Of a stretch of 64,000 bases of DNA, positions 26,618 through 35,277 are shown piece after piece. A model generated the notes under the pieces. The model saw nothing but the letters and a program-made list of their open reading frames with translations. It did not search any database and had not been told where the DNA came from. The stretch spans positions 8,186-72,185 of the forward strand of contig NZ_JBOGUT010000012.1 in the NCBI RefSeq assembly GCF_050696275.1, written 5' to 3'. Position 1 is the stretch's first letter; every line of letters starts with the position of its first letter. Both the position numbers and the translations under genes were made by a program. The DNA comes from Flavobacterium sp. (GTDB lineage Bacteria > Bacteroidota > Bacteroidia > Flavobacteriales > Flavobacteriaceae).

Positions 26618-28309
26618 ATGAATGAAAATACAGTAAAAACAGAACATCCGAAAGGACTTTGGGTGTTATTTGGAACCGAGATGTGGGAGCGTTTCAACTT
26701 CTACGGAATGCGAGCAATTTTGACATTGTTTATGGTGAATTCGTTAATGATGAAAGAAGCTGATGCTTCGTTAATCTATGGTGGATTCCTTGGATTATGT
26801 TATTTAACTCCAATGTTGGGTGGATTTATATCTGACCGCTTTTTCGGGAACAGAAACTGTATTATGCTTGGTGGTTTAATGATGGCCATCGGACAGTTAT
26901 TATTGTTTTTTAGTGCTAGTGTTTTTGATAACAATCTGGATCTTGCTAATACATTATTGTGGTCTGCTTTAGGGATCATTATTTTTGGAAATGGATTTTT
27001 CAAGCCAAACATTTCTTCAATGGTGGGAAGCTTATATCCAAAGCAGGAAAAATCTAAATTGGATACTGCTTTCACGATTTTCTACATGGGAATTAACATA
27101 GGAGCATTTTTAGGTCAGTTTATTTGCCCATTTGTAGGAGATGTAAAGGATGCTGGTGGAATTAGAGATATTCATGCTTTTAAATGGGGATTCTTGGCAG
27201 CTTCATTGGCAATGATAATTGGAACCGCAGTTTTCTTTTTCTTGAAAAATAAATACGTAGTAACTCCAGAAGGGAAGCCTATCGGAGGATTACCATCAGG
27301 AAATGATCATGGTGATTATGAAGAGGGGGAATCTCAAAAAGCACATTTTACAGCTGGGTCAATTGCAACCGCAATTGGAGTATTTGTTGCTGTTTTCTTC
27401 GTGTTCAATTATTTTACTGGAGGTGATAATGTTGTAAAGTCTATTATTTATCCTATTATTTATGGTAGTGGTATTTCATTAGCGGTTTTAATTCTTTTAG
27501 ACAAGACATTAACTAAAGTAGAAACACAGCGTATTTGGGTAATCTACATTATGTCGTTCTTTATTATTTTCTTCTGGGCTGCATTTGAACAAGCGGGTTC
27601 GTCACTAACATTTATTGCCGATAATCAGACTGACCGTAATTTTTTCGGATGGAACATGCCACCGTCAATGGTTCAAATCTTCAACGGATTGTTTGTAGTA
27701 ATGTTTGCTTTCCCATTCAGTCTTTTATGGGATAAGTTGCGTGCTAGCGGTAAAGAGCCAATTTCCACAGTAAAACAATCTGTCGGGTTAGCCTTGATTG
27801 CTTTGAGTTATTTTATCATTGCACATAACGTAAAAGACTTAGGTAACTCTGGAATGTTAGCTATATATTGGTTAATCTTATTGTATTTAATCCAAACTTT
27901 CGGTGAGTTGTGTTTATCTCCAATTGGTTTGTCATTAGTTGGTAAATTATCTCCAAAACGTTTCGCTTCTTTAGCATATGGCGTATTCTTCATTTCTAAT
28001 GCTGCAGGTTATGCATTGTCAGGAACTTTAGGCTCAATTTTGCCGGCTACGGGTGATAAATTCAAGAAAGCACAAGAATTAGGAATTAATTTAGAAGGAG
28101 TGTTAAATAAAACAGTAACACCTACGGCTGAGCAATTGAAGTTATTGGCTGATAATCAGATTAGTGCAGTGAATCCTGCTTTTGCAGGTTTTGAAATCCA
28201 CAACTTATATGAATTCTTTATGGTATTCGTTGTATTGTGTGGTATTGCATCTGTTATTTTATTTGCATTGACTCCAAAATTGAAAAAAATGATGCACGGA
28301 GTGCGATAA
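26618..28309 (+). CDS. POT/PTR2-family proton-dependent di/tripeptide transporter (copy 1)
   Basis: ExxER motif GTEMWERFNFYGMRA and PTR2 signature FTIFYMGINIGAF. MFS topology. Lies 25 nt after the DPP-IV stop. Confidence 0.9.
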   Translation: MNENTVKTEHPKGLWVLFGTEMWERFNFYGMRAILTLFMVNSLMMKEADASLIYGGFLGLCYLTPMLGGFISDRFFGNRNCIMLGGLMMAIGQLLLFFSASVFDNNLDLANTLLWSALGIIIFGNGFFKPNISSMVGSLYPKQEKSKLDTAFTIFYMGINIGAFLGQFICPFVGDVKDAGGIRDIHAFKWGFLAASLAMIIGTAVFFFLKNKYVVTPEGKPIGGLPSGNDHGDYEEGESQKAHFTAGSIATAIGVFVAVFFVFNYFTGGDNVVKSIIYPIIYGSGISLAVLILLDKTLTKVETQRIWVIYIMSFFIIFFWAAFEQAGSSLTFIADNQTDRNFFGWNMPPSMVQIFNGLFVVMFAFPFSLLWDKLRASGKEPISTVKQSVGLALIALSYFIIAHNVKDLGNSGMLAIYWLILLYLIQTFGELCLSPIGLSLVGKLSPKRFASLAYGVFFISNAAGYALSGTLGSILPATGDKFKKAQELGINLEGVLNKTVTPTAEQLKLLADNQISAVNPAFAGFEIHNLYEFFMVFVVLCGIASVILFALTPKLKKMMHGVR

Positions 28310-28339
28310 TCGCGATTAAAAAATATTTTTATATCTTTC

Positions 28340-28368
28340 AAGCCTGTAACATTGTTGCAGGCTTTTTT
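28340..28368 (+). terminator. Rho-independent terminator or attenuator between POT copy 1 and copy 2
   Basis: Stem AAGCCTGTAA(C)/(G)TTGCAGGCTT (one G-U) with a short loop, then T6. Ends 17 nt before ATG 28386. Confidence 0.6.
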
Positions 28369-28385
28369 ATTTAATACCAAAAATT

Positions 28386-30044
28386 ATGTGGAAATCACAC
28401 CCCAAGGCTTTGCCTTATTTGTTCTTGTCTGAAATGTGGGAGCGTTTCGGATATTATTTAATGATCGGAATTTTTACACTTTACTTAAAAGATGTTGAAG
28501 CAGGATTTGCGATGACCGAAAAGGAGGCTTCTGATTTATATGGAACTTTTATTGCCCTAGTTTTTTTAACTCCCTTTATAGGCGGGTTGGTAGCCGACCG
28601 ATATTTAGGCTACAAAAAATCAATTGTACTTGGCGGATTGATGATGGGAGCAGGTTATCTGATGATCGGAATTCATAATTTAACGATGCTGTATGTCGCT
28701 ATGACTTTGGTGATTGTGGGGAATGGTTTTTTCAAACCGAATATTTCTACACTTCTGGGGAATTTCTATAATGATGAACGGTTTAAAGACAAAAAAGACG
28801 AAGGTTATAACATTTTCTATATGGGAATTAATGTTGGTGCTTTTATCTGTAATTTCTTTGGAGCAGCTTTGAAGATTCTTTTCGGATGGCAGGAAGCTTT
28901 TATGGCGGCTGGAGTTGGAATGTTTATTGGTGTAATTGTTTTCCTTCTTGGCAGCAAACATTATGGAGATAAAACCGATAAAAAAGGAGTGCAGGAGGGA
29001 GATATGCCATTTTACAAAATTGTGTTGTTTATTCTTTTACCTTCAGTTGTGTTTGGAGTTATTGGCTGGTTTTTAAAAGGAGTTACTTCCGATGTAAACC
29101 CAGACAGCTATATCTTTGGCTCAGACAGTACCGATGCTTTTATCTTTGCCTGTATTCCAGTGGTTTTCTTCTATGGAAGTCTTTATTTTAAAGCTAAGAT
29201 TGAAGATAAAAGACCGATTGGAGCGTTATTGGCTATTTTTGGAGTTGTAATTTTGTTTTGGGCAGTGTTCAAATTAAACGGTTCAGCGCTTAATAATTGG
29301 GGAGATAAATATACTGACAGAGAATTGGCTGGAACCTCACAAACCATAGCTTCAAAATTGGTTCTTGCAGATACGTTAACTTATAAAAAGGATTCCGTAG
29401 CCTTGTATGATGAGGCTTTTCGAATTCAAAAAAAGGAAGGAAAAGTAATTAAGGTGGTTGATTATCCTTTGTATTTCAGAAATGTCTCTAAAGAAAAACT
29501 GCCAAAGGAAGGAAGTCAAATAGTCACATGGTCGCCTAATTTGAGTCAGTCCATCAATCCGGGCTGGGTAATTATTTTGACACCACTAGTCGTGGCGTTT
29601 TTTACCTTTTTGCGCAACAGAAAGAAAGAACCAAGTACACCTACTAAAATTGCTTTCGGATTATTAATCTCAGCTTTGTCTGTATTAGTAATGGTAGCAG
29701 CAGTTCATATTGGTAACAACGGTACCGAGAAAGTGTCTGTTTGGTGGTTGGTTGCTAATTATGGTGTTATTACTATTGGAGAACTGTTTCTGAGTCCGAT
29801 GGGATTGTCAGTGGTTTCTAAATTGAGCCCTAAAAATATCACTTCATTAATGATGGGCGGTTGGTTTTTGTCGACTTCAATCGGAAATAAATTAAGCGGC
29901 GTTTTGGCCAGCATGTGGGATACGTATGAAGATAAAACAGATTTTTTCTGGATCAACTTCGGATTATTAATGTTTGCAACTTTGCTGATGTTTGCTTTGC
30001 TGAAGCAATTAAATAAAGTAATGAAAGAAAAAGGAATAAATTAA
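28386..30044 (+). CDS. POT/PTR2-family peptide transporter (copy 2, divergent)
   Basis: LSEMWERFGYYLMIG (ExxER retained; FYGMR changed to YYLMI) and YNIFYMGINVGAF. MFS topology. Confidence 0.85.
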   Translation: MWKSHPKALPYLFLSEMWERFGYYLMIGIFTLYLKDVEAGFAMTEKEASDLYGTFIALVFLTPFIGGLVADRYLGYKKSIVLGGLMMGAGYLMIGIHNLTMLYVAMTLVIVGNGFFKPNISTLLGNFYNDERFKDKKDEGYNIFYMGINVGAFICNFFGAALKILFGWQEAFMAAGVGMFIGVIVFLLGSKHYGDKTDKKGVQEGDMPFYKIVLFILLPSVVFGVIGWFLKGVTSDVNPDSYIFGSDSTDAFIFACIPVVFFYGSLYFKAKIEDKRPIGALLAIFGVVILFWAVFKLNGSALNNWGDKYTDRELAGTSQTIASKLVLADTLTYKKDSVALYDEAFRIQKKEGKVIKVVDYPLYFRNVSKEKLPKEGSQIVTWSPNLSQSINPGWVIILTPLVVAFFTFLRNRKKEPSTPTKIAFGLLISALSVLVMVAAVHIGNNGTEKVSVWWLVANYGVITIGELFLSPMGLSVVSKLSPKNITSLMMGGWFLSTSIGNKLSGVLASMWDTYEDKTDFFWINFGLLMFATLLMFALLKQLNKVMKEKGIN

Positions 30045-30048
30045 AAAG

Positions 30049-31533
30049 ATGGAAAATAAACTAACAATCGAGCAAATTCAGAATTTTGAAGGAAAGTATC
30101 CAAAACAACTTTGGTATCTGTTTACGGTAGAAATGTGGGAGCGTTTCTGCTTCTATGGAATGCGAGGCGTACTTACTTTTTTTATGGTAGATCAATTACT
30201 CTTGAAAGACGATGCTGCAAATTTACAGTATGGTGCTATTCAGGCTTTTGTATATGCTTTTACTTTTATAGGAGGAATATTCGCGGATAAAATTTTAGGA
30301 TTTAGAAAATCTTTGTTTTTTGGAGGAATCGTAATGATTTTAGGGAATTTATTAATTGCCTTTGCGCCACAGCAAATGTTTTATTTTGGAATTGCCTTCT
30401 CAATCATTGGAACCGGTTTTTTTAAGCCAAATATATCTTCAATGGTCGGCGAATTGTATCATGAAGGTGACGGAAGAAGAGACGCCGGATACGGAATGTT
30501 TTACGCGGGAATAAATATCGGAGGATTGCTTGGCGGTGCTTTGTGTATTTATTTAGGAAAATATTATTCTTGGTCATTGTGTTTTCTTGCGGCAGCAATA
30601 GTGATGATTTTAGGTTTGCTGACATTTTTGTTTACCAAAAAGCACTTGGGCCCAATTGGGGATTCTCCTTTATTAAAACTGACTGATTCAAAAAGAAAAA
30701 TCAGGGAAATTTCAGTATATGTCGGATCATTATTGAGCATTCCTTTAATTTTTATTATGGTGAAAAACACAGATTATACGGATTACTTTATGTACTCCAT
30801 TGGTATAATTGCTGTTGCTTATTTTATTTATGAGGTTGTTAAAATCGGTGAAATCAGTTCGCAGAAGAAACTTATGGCAGCGTTCTTGTTTATCTTTTTT
30901 TATCTTTTATTTAATGCGATTTATGAACAGAGTGGAGGGTCACTTTCATTGTTTGCAAAAGATAATTTAAGTCATAATTTGTTATTTTTCAATATTGATC
31001 CCAATGTGGTCAATAATAGCTCTAATACTTTGTTCGTAGTAATTTTAAGCCCAATAATCGGATTGCTGTGGCTGTGGCTTGCTAAAAAAAAATTAGAGCC
31101 AAATACGTTGATAAAATTTGGAATCGGGTTTTTATTTCTTTCTGCTTCATTTTATATTTTTTATTACACTAAGTTTTTTGCTAATGCAGAAGGGATAACT
31201 TCTCTAAATGTATTTACATTTGCCTATTTTGTTACTACCATTGGTGAATTGTGCCTGGGTCCTATTGGAATGTCAATTATCACAAAATTAGCCCCAAAAA
31301 GATTATTTGGTATGATGATGGGATTGTGGTTCTTGGCGAGTGCTTTCGGGCAATTAGCTGCAGGAAAACTGGGAGCAGAAATATCAAGATCTAACGAAGG
31401 TGCTACGTTGTTAACTAAATTGCAGTCGTATACTGAAGGATATTACCAATTGGCAATATACTCATTAGTAGCAGGGATTATTTTGATTTTGGCAAGCCCA
31501 CAGATAAAAAAACTCATGCAGGGAGTTAAATAA
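30049..31533 (+). CDS. POT/PTR2-family peptide transporter (copy 3)
   Basis: TVEMWERFCFYGMRG and YGMFYAGINIGGL. Lies 4 nt after the copy 2 stop. Confidence 0.9.
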   Translation: MENKLTIEQIQNFEGKYPKQLWYLFTVEMWERFCFYGMRGVLTFFMVDQLLLKDDAANLQYGAIQAFVYAFTFIGGIFADKILGFRKSLFFGGIVMILGNLLIAFAPQQMFYFGIAFSIIGTGFFKPNISSMVGELYHEGDGRRDAGYGMFYAGINIGGLLGGALCIYLGKYYSWSLCFLAAAIVMILGLLTFLFTKKHLGPIGDSPLLKLTDSKRKIREISVYVGSLLSIPLIFIMVKNTDYTDYFMYSIGIIAVAYFIYEVVKIGEISSQKKLMAAFLFIFFYLLFNAIYEQSGGSLSLFAKDNLSHNLLFFNIDPNVVNNSSNTLFVVILSPIIGLLWLWLAKKKLEPNTLIKFGIGFLFLSASFYIFYYTKFFANAEGITSLNVFTFAYFVTTIGELCLGPIGMSIITKLAPKRLFGMMMGLWFLASAFGQLAAGKLGAEISRSNEGATLLTKLQSYTEGYYQLAIYSLVAGIILILASPQIKKLMQGVK

Positions 31534-31581
31534 ATTTGTAACTTCGGCATTGTTTTTGATATTTATATAAAAAAGTTACTC

Positions 31582-32037
31582 ATGAAAAAAATACTTTTAG
31601 CAATTCTTTTATTGCTAGGAACCTTATCAATACAAGCGCAGGAGATTAGATGGATGTCACTCGATGAAGCATTGGCGAAACAAAAAAAGAACCCAAAGCC
31701 TATTCTTATGAATGTGTATACTGATTGGTACGGACCATGTAAAATGATGGATGCCAATACTTTTCATGATGGAGCCGTAGCGGATTTTATCAATAAGAAT
31801 TATTATGCCGTACGATTTAATGCCGAAGGGAATTCCACTGTAAATTATCAAGGGTCAACCTATACCAATCCAGGATACGATCCGAACAGAAAAGGAAGGA
31901 ACAGCGCCCACGATTTAACGAAATTCTTAAAAGTGCAGCAATATCCCTCTATTTTTGTTATTGGTAAAAGTGGAAGTGTCCAAACTTCAATCGTAGGTTA
32001 CAGGACTCCGGAGCAATTATTAAATGATTTAAGATAG
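31582..32037 (+). CDS. Secreted thioredoxin-fold protein with altered active site (WYGPC)
   Basis: Signal peptide LLGTLSIQAQE. The thioredoxin-like block ILMNVYTDWYGPCKMMD has Tyr where the first active-site Cys is expected. Confidence 0.65.
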   Translation: MKKILLAILLLLGTLSIQAQEIRWMSLDEALAKQKKNPKPILMNVYTDWYGPCKMMDANTFHDGAVADFINKNYYAVRFNAEGNSTVNYQGSTYTNPGYDPNRKGRNSAHDLTKFLKVQQYPSIFVIGKSGSVQTSIVGYRTPEQLLNDLR

Positions 32038-32076
32038 CTGATTAGCAAAATAGTTTAACCCTAAATTTTTGAATGT

Positions 32077-32619
32077 ATGAATAGTTTAAAATATGCCTTA
32101 TTTTCAGTCCCATTAATTATAGCTTTATGGTTAACGCCATTTCATGCTGCCAAAGTCAAAAAAACGGACGGAACAGAATTAGTTTGGCTGACCAGTGTGG
32201 AAGAAGCTCAGAAAATTTCTGAAAAAACAGGGAAACCAATTTTTGCTAATTTCACAGGAAGTGATTGGTGCGGATGGTGTCATAAATTGGCTAGAGAAGT
32301 TTTTAATACGCCGGAATTTAAGACATGGTCTGATAAAAACGTTGTTTTGCTGGAACTGGATTTTCCAAGAAATAAAGTAATGGATGAAAAATTGAAAGCT
32401 CAAAACAATTCATTAATGCAGTTTTTCCAGGTGCAGGGTTTTCCAACCATTTGGTTGTTTACTATGGAAATGGATAAAACCAATAAGAAATACACAATAA
32501 ATCCAATTGCTAAAACAGGTTATTTAAGCGGGGGTCCAAAAGTTTATACTGAATCTGTCGATGGCATGATTAAGCAGTATAAAGAAAAGGTAAAAGAGGC
32601 GAAAGCTTCAAAACCATAG
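32077..32619 (+). CDS. Secreted thioredoxin-fold protein (CGWC active site)
   Basis: Signal/anchor segment. FANFTGSDWCGWCHKLAREV is a CxxC thioredoxin-like motif. Lys-rich tail. Confidence 0.7.
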   Translation: MNSLKYALFSVPLIIALWLTPFHAAKVKKTDGTELVWLTSVEEAQKISEKTGKPIFANFTGSDWCGWCHKLAREVFNTPEFKTWSDKNVVLLELDFPRNKVMDEKLKAQNNSLMQFFQVQGFPTIWLFTMEMDKTNKKYTINPIAKTGYLSGGPKVYTESVDGMIKQYKEKVKEAKASKP

Positions 32620-32625
32620 TAATTC

Positions 32626-34662
32626 TCAATCCAATTTATAAAATCCTTTTTCGTAAGTACTATGAAAAAGGATTTTTTTATTGGAACAGGTCCGTTTCCA
32701 TGCGGCTACATAACTTTTATAGTTTGAAGCATCTGCAATAACTACTTTCGGTTTTATTGTTAAAAACAACCTTTCCAGATTTATTTTAGGTGATTCTCTT
32801 AAAATTAGAATGTCAGCAGGAATAGATGTGTTATAGATTCCGGATTTATCAACAATCAGAATTTTAGAATTGTTAAAAAAATAATTATTTTTTAGCTTCT
32901 TTAGTGCTTTTAAGGTACAAAAATGTGCCGTAACATAGGATTGAATCATTTTCTTCTCAAAACCGTTTTCAGACAAGTGTTCATTGGTAAAAAGTGTAAT
33001 GTCCTTTCCGATGCGTTCTGCAATAACTGATTTTTTGGAAATATTAAACACAATGTATTCTGTCTTATTTTCTTCAGTCCAATGGGTTGTAATAAATAGC
33101 CCCTGGAAAAGAATTACACTGGATAAAGCAAATGCGGCTTTGCCAAAAGTTGGTTTTTCAGCCCAAATAATCCAACTGAACAAAATCAGGTAACATACAA
33201 TCAGTAAAGAAAAAGAGAGCGGGATATCTTTGATGACAAAGCTTTCAATTGAGGCTATCCATTTAATAAAGCTATTCATTACCGTAATGAAAAATTCAAC
33301 GACTTGAGATAAGAATTGCGGAGCGCTGTCAAAATAAGCCAAAATCATTAATAAAACACCAAGTGCCATGATGATTGACAAACAAGGAATGAGCACTAAA
33401 TTAGTTACAAAAAACAATCCGGGAAATTGATGAAAATAATAAATACTCAATGGGAATGCCCCAATTTGAGCAGCAAACGAAACTGTAAGTATGTCCCAAA
33501 AGTATATGATAATCTTGTTTTTGGGTTGCCAAAGTGTTTTGAGTTTCGGCTGAAGCCAAAGAATGAAAAACAAAGCAATATAACTCAACTGAAAGCCTAT
33601 ATCAAATAAAAACAACGGCTCTGCAAGTAATATCAGGAATAAGGAGGCCAAAGTTGTGTGGTACATATTTGTTTCCCGATTCAGGAGCATTCCTATGGCA
33701 AGAAAACTAAACATTGTGGCTGAGCGAACAACCGATGGCGCCAAACCTGCTATTAAAGCAAAAACCCATAGTGAAAGTAGTATAATTACAAACCGGATTA
33801 AGTTGCCGAATCTGTTTTTAGGCAACGGTTTTAGTAAAAAGGTGATTAACAAAAGGATGAATCCTACGTGTAATCCGGAAACAGACAATATATGAACGGC
33901 TCCGGCATACTGATAATCACGTAAAACTTCAGGTGAAATATCCTGCTGCTGTCCCAAAATTAATGCAACCACAACAGCAAGTTCTTCTTTTTTGAAGCCG
34001 CTTTTGGTTAAATTGGTAATTATGGTATTTCGGAACGCTGAAGTGTAATGCCAAATGTTTTTTTTGATCTCAGTATTGATTTTCAATTGTGAGGTTTCGG
34101 CGAAGATTTGGGCATAAATTCCTTTGCTTTCCAAATAGTTCCCGTAATCAAACTGATCAGGATTGTTAGGTTTAAAATTTAAAACTAACTGTTCTTTTAT
34201 CTCAAGTTGTGTGCCTGGAATAAATTCTTTTAAAAGAGGCTCTTTTTTCAGGTTGAGAAGAATTTTACCCGATGTTTCTTTATGGTCAATTTGTTTTATT
34301 TCGGCAATATAACGGATGTTATTTGCTGTGTTTTTTAATTTTTCACGCAGTAAAATCTGAATTGTATGAACGCTTTCAAATAAAGCTGAGTTATTTTTGT
34401 AATGATTTTTCTGAAAAGTATCATTGTGAACGATTGTAGTTGTCATTCCAATGCAAAAAAATAAGCTGTAAAGCCCAATTGCAAATAATGGTTTTGTCTG
34501 ATATTCTTTATTGGCTTTTAAAAAGAGAATTGCAAAAACACTACATGATAAGCCAAGCAGGACAAAGCCAAGTGTGCCATTGATTTTAGAATAATAAGCA
34601 GTAATTATACCCGCGATAAACCAGATTGTTATTCGTACAACTGGAAATTTTAATACCTTCAT
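32626..34662 (-). CDS. comEC: ComEC/Rec2-family DNA internalisation channel protein
   Basis: 678 aa. N-terminal TM plus OB-like (DUF4131-type) region, central polytopic competence domain (AGAVHILSVSGLHVGF...) and a C-terminal region resembling a degenerate metallo-beta-lactamase domain. Confidence 0.85.
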   Translation of the reverse strand: MKVLKFPVVRITIWFIAGIITAYYSKINGTLGFVLLGLSCSVFAILFLKANKEYQTKPLFAIGLYSLFFCIGMTTTIVHNDTFQKNHYKNNSALFESVHTIQILLREKLKNTANNIRYIAEIKQIDHKETSGKILLNLKKEPLLKEFIPGTQLEIKEQLVLNFKPNNPDQFDYGNYLESKGIYAQIFAETSQLKINTEIKKNIWHYTSAFRNTIITNLTKSGFKKEELAVVVALILGQQQDISPEVLRDYQYAGAVHILSVSGLHVGFILLLITFLLKPLPKNRFGNLIRFVIILLSLWVFALIAGLAPSVVRSATMFSFLAIGMLLNRETNMYHTTLASLFLILLAEPLFLFDIGFQLSYIALFFILWLQPKLKTLWQPKNKIIIYFWDILTVSFAAQIGAFPLSIYYFHQFPGLFFVTNLVLIPCLSIIMALGVLLMILAYFDSAPQFLSQVVEFFITVMNSFIKWIASIESFVIKDIPLSFSLLIVCYLILFSWIIWAEKPTFGKAAFALSSVILFQGLFITTHWTEENKTEYIVFNISKKSVIAERIGKDITLFTNEHLSENGFEKKMIQSYVTAHFCTLKALKKLKNNYFFNNSKILIVDKSGIYNTSIPADILILRESPKINLERLFLTIKPKVVIADASNYKSYVAAWKRTCSNKKILFHSTYEKGFYKLD
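32641..32680 (+). terminator. Rho-independent terminator of the thioredoxin-fold pair, located inside the 3' coding end of convergent comEC
   Basis: 13-bp stem AAAATCCTTTTTC/GAAAAAGGATTTT, 11-nt loop, then a T-run to 32680. Starts 21 nt after the stop at 32619. Confidence 0.6.
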
Positions 34663-34698
34663 GAAGGCAAGATACTAAAAACGTAAGAAAAATAGTAA

Positions 34699-35262
34699 TT
34701 AATTTACAACCCGATTGATTTGCGCAAAGGTTTTCGAATAATAACCTTCTTTAGTTGAAGAAATAATAACGCCTTTTTGGGTGGAAGAATGGATGAATTT
34801 TATCTCTTCTTCGCTAACTTCAGTAATCATGCCAACATGGTTTATAACGCTTTTCCCATTAGTTTTGAAAAAGATCAGATCTCCTTTTTGAGCCTCTGAT
34901 TTTTTAATTTCCTGGCCCACTTTTGACATTTCGTTTGATGTTCTTGGTAATTTAATATTGAAATCATTAAAAGTTGCAATCATTAATCCGGAACAGTCCA
35001 TGCCGCTTTCTGTCGTTCCTGCTGTTTTGTATTTTACGCCCAAAAAGTGGGTTGCTTTTTTAAGTAATTGCTCGGAAGAGATGTAATCACGGTTTCCAAT
35101 ATTGTTTTTTCCAGTATTTCCTGCGGTTATTTTTTCTTTCGGATTTCTATAAGTGCCTCTTTTCTGTGCTTCGCTTTTTGACGTTACTATAGATGAACTG
35201 GTTTTGCAGCTGCTTAAAAATAAGGTGATGGCGAGAAATGTGAAAAGCGTTTTGTAAGTCAT
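34699..35262 (-). CDS. NlpC/P60 (C40) cell-wall peptidase, lipoprotein
   Basis: Lipobox LFLSSC. Catalytic Cys motif GMDCSGLM and His motif VINHVGMI. Confidence 0.85.
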   Translation of the reverse strand: MTYKTLFTFLAITLFLSSCKTSSSIVTSKSEAQKRGTYRNPKEKITAGNTGKNNIGNRDYISSEQLLKKATHFLGVKYKTAGTTESGMDCSGLMIATFNDFNIKLPRTSNEMSKVGQEIKKSEAQKGDLIFFKTNGKSVINHVGMITEVSEEEIKFIHSSTQKGVIISSTKEGYYSKTFAQINRVVN

Positions 35263-35277
35263 TCCGAAAGATTAAAT

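Noticed and set aside
24418-31533. The three POT genes as a recent tandem duplication or amplification
   Set aside because: The copies differ in length (563, 552 and 494 aa) and share only family motifs at the protein level, with no extended nucleotide identity noticed. They are ancient paralogues, not a recent amplification.
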